64,000 bases of DNA from contig JAHQJS010000007.1 of the NCBI GenBank assembly GCA_019057385.1, positions 256,001 to 320,000 of the forward strand, given 5' to 3'. Shown here one piece after another: positions 10,749-20,771 of the stretch (its first letter is position 1; each line of letters begins with the position of its first letter). The stretch comes from Candidatus Borrarchaeum weybense (GTDB taxonomy: Archaea; Asgardarchaeota; Sifarchaeia; Borrarchaeales; Borrarchaeaceae). The position numbers and the translations under genes were made by a program. Below the pieces are notes generated by a model. That model saw only the letters and a list, made by a program, of their open reading frames with translations, did no database searches and was not told the origin of the DNA.

Positions 10749-12176
10749 ATGTATAAGCGTATCCTTGTGGCCCTAGATGGCTCAATATGTTCAAATATTG
10801 CTTTAAAAACAGCGCTAGCACTTGCTGAACGAGGAAATCAAACACATCTCATCGGCTGTCATGTCTACGCCGCTCGCATGCATCGAACTCGCTTTGAGGA
10901 AATGGAGCCTGGGTTGCCAGAGTCTTATCAGGAAGAAGAACGTTTAAATTACCTACGCCATGCTCACGATGATATTATTGGAACAGGGATGAAACTCATC
11001 TCCGATGCATACTTAGCCCCTCTGATCCAGAAAGCCGAAGAAAAAGGATTGACTTACGAAGGCGTAACTCCTGAAGGACGCAACTATGTGGAACTTCTTC
11101 GCGTAATACAAGAGCATAATGCCGATCTTGTTGTGATGGGAGCCTGGGGACATGGACATGTTCCAGAGGGACTCATAGGAAGCTTAACCGAGCGCATCTT
11201 ATTTCTAGCCCCCAATAGTGATATATTAGTAATGAAAAAATCTTTGAATTTCGAAAAGTACCCTATTGTGGTAGGAATTGATGGGAGTGAAAACAGTTAT
11301 GCAGCCATGAAAAAAGCAGTTTCTATCGCTCGTGCATTTGGTTCTAATGTGGAAGCTGTGGCGGTCTATGATCCTTTCTTTCATACAGGGGTCTTTCAGA
11401 CGATCACTGAAGCCTTACCAGATGAAGCAAGGCAACGCTTCAATTTTGCTGCTCAGGAAAGGCTTCATGATGAAATCATAGATCAAGGGCTAGAGAATCT
11501 TTATCGAGAGGGGTTGGAACGAAGTGTCTTAATGGCACAATCAATGGGAATAGAAGTCCACCCAAATGTATTAGCAGGAAAGGTATATTCTCAACTTTAT
11601 CATTACGCTACACTAAGGGGAGCAGGGTTGATAGTGATGGGACGGTGGGGATTGCATCGAGAAAAAGATTCGATTATCGGATCCAATACTTTGAATATTA
11701 CCAGATTGAGCACTACAAATGTGTTGGTGGTGACTCCTCCAACGGAACCATTAGAGGTGCCTAAACTTTCCCAAGAAGCGCAGAATGTCGCATTACCTTG
11801 GACGCCAGAAGCGGAACTTATGATGGAACGCGTTCCAATTTTTGCGCGCGAAATGGCACGTCGAGTAATTGAGGATCAAGCTCGGGAAAGAGATCTTTCA
11901 GAGGTCACTCCTGATATAGTTCAAGAAATTGCTCAACGCTTAGGAATGAAAAAGGGACGACACGACAAAGAAGTGGCTGATGCTCCAGAAGCTCAAATGG
12001 TGAGTTTCCGCAAGATCAAAAGACTTGCTCCCGACTTTCATCGCCATATTCTTCGTAGCAAATTAATAGGACAAACGGTGCGGACAGGTGAGCGTATCTT
12101 GGTCTATGAAGTTCTAGAGACGGATCCGCCGGGTCTGGTTAGGGTTACGGAAAAAACCCGTCTGGAGTTTCGATGA
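10749..12176 (+). CDS. Tandem universal stress protein fused to PCP_red-like and CDC48-N-like domains
   Basis: Two USP domains (ILVALDGS and IVVGIDGS; DLVVMGAWG...GS), then WTPEAELMMERVPIFAREMARR and a C-terminal beta domain. Confidence 0.85.
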   Translation: MYKRILVALDGSICSNIALKTALALAERGNQTHLIGCHVYAARMHRTRFEEMEPGLPESYQEEERLNYLRHAHDDIIGTGMKLISDAYLAPLIQKAEEKGLTYEGVTPEGRNYVELLRVIQEHNADLVVMGAWGHGHVPEGLIGSLTERILFLAPNSDILVMKKSLNFEKYPIVVGIDGSENSYAAMKKAVSIARAFGSNVEAVAVYDPFFHTGVFQTITEALPDEARQRFNFAAQERLHDEIIDQGLENLYREGLERSVLMAQSMGIEVHPNVLAGKVYSQLYHYATLRGAGLIVMGRWGLHREKDSIIGSNTLNITRLSTTNVLVVTPPTEPLEVPKLSQEAQNVALPWTPEAELMMERVPIFAREMARRVIEDQARERDLSEVTPDIVQEIAQRLGMKKGRHDKEVADAPEAQMVSFRKIKRLAPDFHRHILRSKLIGQTVRTGERILVYEVLETDPPGLVRVTEKTRLEFR

Positions 12177-13129
12177 TGGTAGAAACGCAAGCGACCGTGA
12201 TCATAGAAGAAGTATGGAAATATTACGGAAAAATTAAGGCTCTTGAAAATGTTAACTTGAGAATTCAGAAGGGTGAGATCTTCTTTCTGCTGGGACCGAA
12301 TGGTTCTGGGAAGTCTACTTTGCTCAGAATATTGAGCACTATCTTCTCTCCTGATAAGGGTCGATTTTCTCTCTTTGGTCTTGATGGGATAAGAGACCGG
12401 ACAGTCATCCGCAAACAGATAGGAATTCTTTCAGAGCATAGTAGTCACTGGGATAGACTTACTGGTTATGAAAATGCTTGGTTTTTTGCTAGTTATTACA
12501 ATATCCCTCAAAAAATGATAAAAAATCGTTTAAACGATCTTTTTCGTAGGTTTGGGCTATGGGAAAAACGAAATGATGCAGTTGTCACCTATTCTTATGG
12601 AATGCGACGCAAACTATCTATTATAGAGGCTTTTGTTCATCAACCAAAGCTTTTATTGCTTGATGAGCCCTCCATGGGCCTCGATTACGTTTCCAGATTG
12701 AAGTTGTTTGATCTTATGGAACAGGAAGCACTTAAAGGAACAACAATAATTGTAGCCACAAATGATGTAAATGAAGCATCCCAAATGGCTAAAAGGGTTG
12801 CTCTTCTCCGACAAGGAACAGTAGTGATTACAGACGAACCAATGGAATTAGTTAAATCGCTGAAAGCTCTAACTCGGATAACACTTTGGGTAGCTTCCCC
12901 CATTCCTTTAACTTCACTTCAGGCTATTAATGGAGTAGAAGGGGTAGCAGCAAATAAGGAAGCAGAAAATAGCTTTCAAATAGTTTTCCTCGTACGCGAT
13001 GGACGTAAAATCCTGCCACATATTGTAAATGAAGTAGTGAAAGAGAATGGAGCAATTTTAGGTATGGATGTGAATGAGCCGAACCTAGGTGATGTCTTTC
13101 TTAAACTAACCAGAGAGGAGATCCACTAA
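12173..13129 (+). CDS. ABC-2 transporter ATP-binding protein
   Basis: GPNGSGKST, YSYGMRR, LLLLDEP. Confidence 0.93.
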   Translation: MMVETQATVIIEEVWKYYGKIKALENVNLRIQKGEIFFLLGPNGSGKSTLLRILSTIFSPDKGRFSLFGLDGIRDRTVIRKQIGILSEHSSHWDRLTGYENAWFFASYYNIPQKMIKNRLNDLFRRFGLWEKRNDAVVTYSYGMRRKLSIIEAFVHQPKLLLLDEPSMGLDYVSRLKLFDLMEQEALKGTTIIVATNDVNEASQMAKRVALLRQGTVVITDEPMELVKSLKALTRITLWVASPIPLTSLQAINGVEGVAANKEAENSFQIVFLVRDGRKILPHIVNEVVKENGAILGMDVNEPNLGDVFLKLTREEIH

Positions 13130-13824
13130 TGCTCCCAAGTCGTTATTGGCAAAAGGAATTCTTAGAAGAGATAAAAAGTAAAAGAACTCTAACGATGAAA
13201 TTTCTACTGCCACTGCTTCTCCTGAGTCCTCTTGCCATATTTTCGATTCCTTACAATATTAAAGCGGGAGGTTTTACTGCGGCAGTGCTTTTCATAGGAG
13301 TGTTCGGTTCGGCGGTAAAATTAGTACGCCTAAGAGAGAACAGAATGTTAGAACGACTAGCAGTGCTTCCTATACCTTCTGCATATATAGTTTGTGAATA
13401 TATTTTAATCAATTCATTTTTCGACGGTCTTCAACTTCTTGCCCCATTATTAATAATCTATGGACTTGAGCATTCCCAGCCGATTGCCTTATTATGGATT
13501 TTCGCCTGCTATATCGCTGCTCTTTTAACCGCTAATGCTTTAGGTGTATTAGTTACTCTAATATCGGGTACTTCAGGAGAAGTACACCTTTTTGCATTTC
13601 TGACTGTTTTGGTGGTGGGAGGACTTTCAGGTCTATTTATGATACTTTTACCCAGCCCGTTGAGGGAGATTGGATTTATAATGCCTTTCCGGCATTTATT
13701 CGATGCCTTGCTCTATGGATGGGGATTTTCTCTACCTCAAGTTCCATTTCTTGGGCCGCTTATGGGAATAGCGTGGCTAGTTGGAACTTTAACTCTTTCT
13801 TCACGTCTATTCCGCTTTAAATAG
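13129..13824 (+). CDS. ABC-2 transporter permease
   Basis: About six hydrophobic helices; coupled to the ATPase. Confidence 0.85.
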   Translation: MLPSRYWQKEFLEEIKSKRTLTMKFLLPLLLLSPLAIFSIPYNIKAGGFTAAVLFIGVFGSAVKLVRLRENRMLERLAVLPIPSAYIVCEYILINSFFDGLQLLAPLLIIYGLEHSQPIALLWIFACYIAALLTANALGVLVTLISGTSGEVHLFAFLTVLVVGGLSGLFMILLPSPLREIGFIMPFRHLFDALLYGWGFSLPQVPFLGPLMGIAWLVGTLTLSSRLFRFK

Positions 13825-13978
13825 ACTAAAAACGGGATTTACTTGTCAACTAAGTTATAAATCACACAGGATCAACAGTGAAATGGACAGCATAGTATTG
13901 ATGATGATATAAAAATGATGATTTTTATTTTTCAGTCAATATATAAGCGCGTCAATTACTTTTGAGATAGATCTACGT

Positions 13979-14002
13979 TGTTACTGTTAGATAACACACA
14001 CA
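13979..14002 (+). promoter_or_regulatory. Palindromic operator (site 6, degenerate right arm)
   Basis: TGTTACTGTTAGATAACACACACA, followed by cattcaTATAAA. Confidence 0.75.
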
Positions 14003-14063
14003 CATTCATATAAATTGTAAGAATTCTAAATATTAACAAAAAATACAAAGAGAAGGTGAAAAA

Positions 14064-14432
14064 ATGTCTAAATGGAATGAATATGTTGATTACGGCCAGT
14101 GTCCTACATGTGGCATGAAATACAAGCATAAGAAAGAACTTCTAGAAAAGTTTAAAGAACATCATGGTATGCCAGGGTTCATTGAAGTGGTGGAGAAACA
14201 CATGGATGACTATGGTACATGTCCTACATGTCAACTCGAATATAAATCGAAAGAAGAACTGAAAAAACACATAGAAGAGCATCATGGTTTACCAGGTTAC
14301 ATAGACGTAATGGTTAGCAAGCTAGATGAATCTGGCAAATGCCCGACATGCGGACTTGAATACAAGAGCAAAGCGGAACTTGAGAAAACCATAAAACAAC
14401 ATCGTGGTATGCCAGGACCAGGTGCTGTTTAA
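14064..14432 (+). CDS. Small protein of three 40-aa CPTC...H(H/R)G metal-binding repeats
   Basis: Three copies of G-x-CPTC-x3-YK-x-K-x-EL-x6-H(H/R)GxPG; SD AAGGTGA. Confidence 0.85.
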   Translation: MSKWNEYVDYGQCPTCGMKYKHKKELLEKFKEHHGMPGFIEVVEKHMDDYGTCPTCQLEYKSKEELKKHIEEHHGLPGYIDVMVSKLDESGKCPTCGLEYKSKAELEKTIKQHRGMPGPGAV

Positions 14433-14538
14433 AACATTAAGAACCACAGTTGTAACGAAACATAAGTAAAATTAGAAGTGTTCTTGCCACAATATACACT
14501 CCTGGCATCTATCTTTTTCTAGATTACAGTATACTTTG

Positions 14539-14742
14539 GTGATCTACCTCATGCGAAAGCCTCAAGGCTTCCTGCTTCTCCGACAGACTCGATCCCCTTG
14601 CAGATTACGGAGGTCTTATCTCCACAGGCTTACCATCCCTACGCCCCGTAGATACTCATAGGCTCTATGAGCAACACAATATATAACCCCAACGCAATTC
14701 ATCACCACGCTGAAGCGGTGGTACTTTCTTGCTTAGCTACCC
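14539..14742 (-). mobile_element. Non-autonomous IS200/IS605 derivative, family A copy 2
   Basis: TTAC at the left junction (14743-14746), left-end hairpin, right end ...gaggtagaTCAC. Confidence 0.85.
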
Positions 14743-15244
14743 GTAATAGTTAAACTCTAAAAAACAAATAATTAGCCTTGTTTAAGCCTACCGATAGCAA
14801 TTGCCTAAGACTATTTTTTCTTGGGTTTCCCACGTAAAAAAAAATCGTTCTTGATGGTTTACCATTCCAACGTTATTAAACCTGCATTTCAAGCATTGTT
14901 TTCATCCTCTTCCTTACTGATAACTTCGGCGAGTTCGGGGACACGTATTAATTTAATTTATAGCGAGTTCTAATCTTGCCTGATGGACTTCTCTTATTAA
15001 AAGAATTTCCTTATATTTTTATCGATGTTTACATGGACTAAAATGAGTGATTTTCTTAAAAAGTCAACTAGTGTGTTTAAACATAGGTTTTATGAGCATT
15101 TAATCCTCTACAGGATCATCACAATAAACTTCACGCCTTTTCGATATCAACTTATATTTTATATGGAGGTGAAATAGCAAGCTTTATATATTGTTAACTC
15201 TACATTACTATTGATAACTCTACATATTTATGGAGGTAAATAAT

Positions 15245-15463
15245 ATGGAAATTAAAGACTGGGAAAATGACATCAAAGAATTAACAGTCCTTGGTAAAGA
15301 ACTTTTTGGGAAGACACAAGTTCTTATCACAAAAATTGCAAAAGTAATGCAGGAAGATGCAATGAAACGACTAAATGAATTCAAAGATAATTTTGACAAA
15401 ACGATGGGAATCATGCTTAAGCATGGGTACAGAGTTCCTGCTGAAGAAGTTCCTATTACCTAA
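15245..15463 (+). CDS. Small helical hypothetical protein
   Basis: SD GGAGGT before ATG 15245; 72 aa. Confidence 0.7.
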   Translation: MEIKDWENDIKELTVLGKELFGKTQVLITKIAKVMQEDAMKRLNEFKDNFDKTMGIMLKHGYRVPAEEVPIT

Positions 15464-15482
15464 AATAGTTTGTCTGTTGTGG

Positions 15483-16178
15483 TCATTCTTTATTTCTTGA
15501 GGAATTATGTTCTCGTCTTTCCAAAAATTTTTTTATCTTTTTTCTTTCATTATTTATTATTTCTTGCATAGGAATTATATTAGGAGTACGTATTACTTCT
15601 TCAATTTTTTCTTCTAAACCTAAAATTCTCTCTTCAACTACCTCTAATGTTTCCTCTTTGTAGTTTACCAGTATCTGTTTCAGGTTTTCATCTGTTATTG
15701 TATCTGCCAAATCTTCTTTCGAGATATCCCATCTTTTACATAGTTCTTCTATTGCGTAAGATGCTGTACGCCTTACTTCAAACACTTCATCTTGTAAAGC
15801 TACGATAAGTTGATTTAAACCTGCTTTATCAGCGATTTTTCCGAGTGCTTCCGCAGCTCTTCTTCTTATGCTTATCTTTTTGTGTCTTAATGCATTTTTT
15901 ATTACTGGAATGGCTCTTGAGTCACTAATTTCACCAAGCGCTTCGATCACTGTCTTATGAATCCAATTTCTTTCGTTTTCACTTAGTAATTCAATCAGAG
16001 GATAAACCGCTCGTCTATCCTTCAGAATGCCTAAAATTTTAATAACATTTTCTTTAACTCTCCAATTTTCGTGTCGAAGCGCCTTAAGTAAATGATAAAA
16101 TTTTCCATGCTCCTCCAGTATTAGATTCGCAATAAGCCCATTGTACGTTGATTCTTCGAGTAATTCAAAAATTGCTAT
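15483..16178 (-). CDS. HEAT/PBS-lyase repeat protein, probable ATA start
   Basis: The frame stays open 76 codons upstream of the track's start and encodes a further HEAT repeat (ALRHENWRVKENVIKILG); SD GGGGAG lies 7 nt before ATA. Confidence 0.75.
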   Translation of the reverse strand: MAIFELLEESTYNGLIANLILEEHGKFYHLLKALRHENWRVKENVIKILGILKDRRAVYPLIELLSENERNWIHKTVIEALGEISDSRAIPVIKNALRHKKISIRRRAAEALGKIADKAGLNQLIVALQDEVFEVRRTASYAIEELCKRWDISKEDLADTITDENLKQILVNYKEETLEVVEERILGLEEKIEEVIRTPNIIPMQEIINNERKKIKKFLERREHNSSRNKE

Positions 16179-16273
16179 TCTGGGTCTCCCCTAATATTCT
16201 AAAACTTTTAGCTATTCCTCTTGATCCCTATAATTTAACGAGTAAAAGTAAATAAAAAGGTTTTTTGAATTGA

Positions 16274-17365
16274 TCAAAAAGTCGTGTTGAGTTGATCAAA
16301 AAATGTACTGTCTATTTTCCTAACAGCTGCAATTAGAAGTCGGGTCGCACTTTGCAAATCGTTAAGATTTGTGACTTCTGAAGGAGAATGGCCATACCTT
16401 CTAGGGATCAGTAAAGATCCTGTCGAGATGCCTGCTCGTGCTAAATGAATTGTCGAAGCATTAGTCCATGTAAAAGCTGAAACATCAATTTGATATGGTA
16501 TTTGGTTTTCGTTCGCTGCATTCACTAAGAGATCACGCATTACTTTGGGAGTCATAATGCCGGTAAACCCAGTTTTCAAACGATCCATAAATCTAATAGC
16601 AGCTCCTTTTCCAAGTTCAGTGGGTGCTCCTTTTTTTCGCGTAAGAGTGGCATCTGTTGCGTGTGTTGTGTCGAGCATCAAAGCAGCCTGAGGGTTAATT
16701 GCATAGGCTGCAGTTTTTGCCCCTCTTGCCCCTATTTCCTCTTGAGATGATCCAACTGCATAAATGGAGAAATCAAATTGATCTTTTGATAATTCTTTCA
16801 TTGCTTCAATCAAAGCAAAACAGCCGACTCGGTCATCAACTGCTTTTGCACATATATATCCATTCCCAAGATCGCAAAAACATCTATTAAAGGTAATTGG
16901 TGCCCCTACGTCTATTCCTTTTTCTTGTACTTCTTCTCGCGATGATACTCCTACATCTATCCACATTTCCGATGCGGGAATCGTTTTTTGAGCTTCTTCT
17001 TTAGACACTAGATGTGCTGATTTTATGCCTATGACACCACGAACCTTTGTTGTCTCTCCATGGACTTTCACCCATTGGCTAAGAAGTATTCGGTCATCTA
17101 TCCAGCCATGTTTATCAAAGTAAATAAATCCTTCATCGTCGATATAGCGAACCATAAGAGCGATCTCGTCCGTATGGGCATCAATCATTAAGCGGGCGTG
17201 ATCATCTCTCCCCTCCTTCTTAAAGATCACGTTCCCTAACACGTCCACTTCAATTGAGTCGACATAATCCTTTAACTCTTCGATCATGATAACTCTGACT
17301 TCTTCCTCAAAGCCGGGAGGCGCATCAGCGTCCACTAAACGTTTTAAGAGGTCAAGATTTTTCAT
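16274..17365 (-). CDS. M42 family (TET) aminopeptidase
   Basis: PPGFEEEV, DAHTDEI, KAVDDRVG, QEEIGARGA, RYGHSP. Confidence 0.92.
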   Translation of the reverse strand: MKNLDLLKRLVDADAPPGFEEEVRVIMIEELKDYVDSIEVDVLGNVIFKKEGRDDHARLMIDAHTDEIALMVRYIDDEGFIYFDKHGWIDDRILLSQWVKVHGETTKVRGVIGIKSAHLVSKEEAQKTIPASEMWIDVGVSSREEVQEKGIDVGAPITFNRCFCDLGNGYICAKAVDDRVGCFALIEAMKELSKDQFDFSIYAVGSSQEEIGARGAKTAAYAINPQAALMLDTTHATDATLTRKKGAPTELGKGAAIRFMDRLKTGFTGIMTPKVMRDLLVNAANENQIPYQIDVSAFTWTNASTIHLARAGISTGSLLIPRRYGHSPSEVTNLNDLQSATRLLIAAVRKIDSTFFDQLNTTF

Positions 17366-17453
17366 TTTTATTCACTTGTATTGCTTTTCAATGTCATTTA
17401 ATGAAACTATATGAGTGAGTGGCTTACATATAAGTCAAACTGAGGGAATAATT

Positions 17454-17663
17454 ATGACTAATAAACTGTTTAAAATCATTGAACTTGTTGGCTATTCGAC
17501 AACTGGTTGGGAAGATGCGGTTCAAAACGCAGTAACGGAAGCAAAAAAAACTATTCGGAACATCGTTCGTGTTTCATGCGAGGAATTCGATGTCAAGATG
17601 GAAAATGACAATATAGTTGCTTATCGAGCTAGAATAAAGCTTATATTTGAAATTGAACGATAA
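17454..17663 (+). CDS. Dodecin family flavin-binding protein
   Basis: KIIELVGYSTTGWEDAVQNAV...AKKTIRNI; SD GAGGG before ATG 17454. Confidence 0.9.
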   Translation: MTNKLFKIIELVGYSTTGWEDAVQNAVTEAKKTIRNIVRVSCEEFDVKMENDNIVAYRARIKLIFEIER

Positions 17664-17920
17664 CGGCGAAACTAAGCATAGTTGCAGTATTTTATTTTTT
17701 TTTGTACAGTAGATCACCAAACATTTTTTTTAAATCTTCTTGAAAATAACATTTTGATTTATCTCGTGTTTTATGAATGCTTTATCAACCATAATTTCTA
17801 ATTTTACGAAAAAATCTTCAATAAGATTGATAAAATACTTATTTGGCTCGGTGTAAATCTAATAAAGCCTTGATCTAAATAGTCTTTCAGTATTTATGTT
17901 TTAATTAAAGGGTGTATAAA

Positions 17921-18160
17921 ATGTCTGAATTAAAAAAAGATTCCGACAAAAAATTAGAAGAACTAAATAAGGGTCAAGAAGTACTGATCGAGAATCAAAA
18001 AGCCTTATTTGAGGCCATTAAACGAGTTGCAAATGTTATCAATCACATCCAGGATGATTTTGCAGAATTAGCAAGATTAACAGAAAAGTTGATTTCAATA
18101 AAAGAAAAACGAGACTCAATTCGCATTTATGTTGAAGAAATCCCTGAAATGTATGCCTAA
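17921..18160 (+). CDS. Small coiled-coil hypothetical protein
   Basis: SD GGGTG before ATG 17921; heptad pattern. Confidence 0.7.
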   Translation: MSELKKDSDKKLEELNKGQEVLIENQKALFEAIKRVANVINHIQDDFAELARLTEKLISIKEKRDSIRIYVEEIPEMYA

Positions 18161-18455
18161 CATACCACCTTTATTTTACCTTTCATTTTCATTATATAAA
18201 TTGCTAGAAGGTATGATTAAGTAGGAATCTCGAATTTCATAGAGTTAATACGTTGGATAGAATTTTGTCGTATAAAATCTAATTGATTTTTGGATCAATT
18301 AATACTTTCGTTAGTCTCTGCAAACTATGTCTGTCATTTAAATGACTTATTTTCTTTTTAAAGATGATATAGTTTTCTATAATATGTTGTCCTTAAATAA
18401 TATTCTAAATTATTGCTCTTAAGCACGTAAATACAATTATTAGGAGGGCAACTAA

Positions 18456-18485
18456 ATGGATCCGGGCGGAAATTGGCCATGGTAA
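18456..18485 (+). CDS. 9-aa micropeptide MDPGGNWPW (family member 1)
   Basis: AGGAGGG, 7 nt, then ATG GAT CCG GGC GGA AAT TGG CCA TGG TAA; two paralogues in the window. Confidence 0.75.
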   Translation: MDPGGNWPW

Positions 18486-18864
18486 GATCTAGTAGAAGTA
18501 TTTCTTCAAATCTTTTTTCCACAATTTCTTATTTAATTTCATTTCTCTCTCAATTTTTTATTATTCACGACATACGTTTTTTAATGTTGCAGAAGTAGTT
18601 GCTGTTGATTTCATAAAATAAAACTACGAAACCATTGATTTTATTTTAATGAAATGCATAAAACGGACTTCAAGCTATTTTTTCATCAACACCTCCAATA
18701 ATATGAGATAAATCTGAAGCAGTAATTGTTTTAAATATCACAACTTAGTAAGATATCGATTGATCTTCTGAATTATTTAGATTTGATTCATAATTAGGTC
18801 AGATTAGAATAACAAAAGATCATAGTTCTCAGTTTCAAAATAATTTCTCTTTAGGTGGTTTAAG

Positions 18865-20016
18865 ATGAAACCTCCAGCAACTCGAATGAAAGACATAAAT
18901 CCTTCTTTAATTCGAAGATTATTTGATTTAGCACAAGGAATAGAAGGTATTATCAGTTTAGGCATTGGAGAACCAGATTTTGATACACCTGAACATATCA
19001 AAAATGCAGCAAAACAAGCGTTAGATGATAATTTTACACATTATACGCCAGTTCCAGGAACATTAGAACTTCGTGTAGCTATTGCTGATTATCTTAATGA
19101 AGCGTATGGCCTTGATTATAAACCTGAATCTGAGATTGTTCTTACATGTGGAGCGACAGAAGCTCTTCATGATATCATGCTTGCGTACGTGAAAGGTGAT
19201 GAGGTACTTGTTCCCGATCCTGGTTTTTTAGGGTATCCTGAATATGTTAGAATGGCAGAAGGAAAACCCGTCTGGTATCCGTGTCCAGAAAAGAATGGAT
19301 TTCAACCTGATTTAGATACTCTAAACGAACTCGTCACTAAAAAAACAGTGATGATTATCATAAATAGTCCTTGTAACCCAACTGGAGCTGTGTTTGAAAG
19401 AAAAACGCTTGAAGGCATTGCAGAAATCGCAATAGACAATGATCTTCTCATTGTTACTGATGAAGTCTACGAAAAATTTATTTATGAGGGAAAACACATC
19501 CCTATAGCGTCATTAGGTGTAGCAGACCGCACAATACTGGTCAATGGTTTCAGCAAAACATTCTCAATGACGGGATGGAGGCTTGGGTATATTTGCGGCG
19601 ATGCAGAAGTCATAAACGCTGTTAATATAGCGCATATGTTCACAACAGTAACAACGCCGAGTTTTGCTCAAAAAGCAGCATTAACTGCCTTAAAAGGACC
19701 AAAAGAAAGCATAAAGGAAATGAAAGATGAATATAGATGGCGTAGAGATTTTTTTGTAAAGGAATTAAATACAATTGAAAACATCTCCTGTATAATACCA
19801 AACGGAGCCTTTTACGCATTCCCTAACATTTCAGCATTTGGAAAAACATCCGTAGAGTTCTCAGAATATCTAATTGAAAAAGCAAAAGTCGTTACAGTAC
19901 CAGGAAATGCTTTTGGTAGCAATATAGGTGAAGGTCACGTCCGTATGTCGTATGCATGCACAAGAGAAAATTTAAAAGAGGCGCTGAGTCGCATAAAAGA
20001 CGTTTTAAGTATTTAA
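18865..20016 (+). CDS. Class I/II PLP-dependent (aspartate-type) aminotransferase
   Basis: GEPDF, NSPCNPTG, DEVY, FSKTFSMTGWRLG. Confidence 0.93.
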   Translation: MKPPATRMKDINPSLIRRLFDLAQGIEGIISLGIGEPDFDTPEHIKNAAKQALDDNFTHYTPVPGTLELRVAIADYLNEAYGLDYKPESEIVLTCGATEALHDIMLAYVKGDEVLVPDPGFLGYPEYVRMAEGKPVWYPCPEKNGFQPDLDTLNELVTKKTVMIIINSPCNPTGAVFERKTLEGIAEIAIDNDLLIVTDEVYEKFIYEGKHIPIASLGVADRTILVNGFSKTFSMTGWRLGYICGDAEVINAVNIAHMFTTVTTPSFAQKAALTALKGPKESIKEMKDEYRWRRDFFVKELNTIENISCIIPNGAFYAFPNISAFGKTSVEFSEYLIEKAKVVTVPGNAFGSNIGEGHVRMSYACTRENLKEALSRIKDVLSI

Positions 20017-20237
20017 AGCAATAGTAGAGTTTTAAAAGTAGAGTTGTCAATATATGCTGCTCTTAATTCCCTGACTCCAAAAACTGAGTTTCGCTGCCCT
20101 TATACAATCTCGTTTAAATTCTTTTTTTGTTTTGGTCGTTGTATACTTTTCGGTCTCTATAGATTTCTTTCTATAATGATTTTACTTTCATTTATCTCTC
20201 TCTAAACGTTTTAAACATGGACGCGATAGTAAAGTAG

Positions 20238-20543
20238 GTGATAAAAATAGTTTCCAAAAAAATAATCTCGACAATTTCCAAGGATCAAACGGAAAAAGAA
20301 TTTTATCGGCATAGTCGGGATAAAAGTGAGTTACAAATCTCAACAGAAGAGTATTTATATGACCTACTTATACACCATGGTCCTATGACACGTGGGGAAA
20401 TCGTAAAACTCACAAAATTACCTCGTACAACAATATATGATCACTTGATCAAACTTATTCTAAAGGATCGAGTGATACGTTTTAGTAAACTTGGTAAAAA
20501 GCCAGGAAGACCTAAAGTTTATTTTAAGGCCTTAAGGTTTTAA
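20238..20543 (+). CDS. Small winged-helix (TrmB-like HTH) DNA-binding protein
   Basis: GPMTRGEIVKLTKLPRTTIYDHL...GRPKVYF. Confidence 0.8.
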   Translation: MIKIVSKKIISTISKDQTEKEFYRHSRDKSELQISTEEYLYDLLIHHGPMTRGEIVKLTKLPRTTIYDHLIKLILKDRVIRFSKLGKKPGRPKVYFKALRF

Positions 20544-20771
20544 GGCTTAACGCATACTTTTCTTTATTTTTGAGTTATAGAGTCTTTCGTAGTCTATAGC
20601 ATTAAATCTGGACTCTAATCAAGCCTTCTTTTCCAATAAATCCAGAAAATTAATTACTGTTTTCTTAATTTCGGTGAAATAGGTTGCTCAAGGTATTGTC
20701 GATTGCTGTCAAAAAGTGAAAAAGTAAAAAAGGCTGAAAGTTTCTAAGTATGCTCTATAGGTGAAATCTAA

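Noticed and set aside
14750-15100. Possible decayed gene or mobile remnant
   Set aside because: No frame or repeat could be assigned with confidence
18675-18696. Perfect SD GGAGGTG followed by ATG AAA AAA TAG on the minus strand
   Set aside because: Single instance, and readthrough gives only a short ORF; it cannot be told apart from a gene remnant
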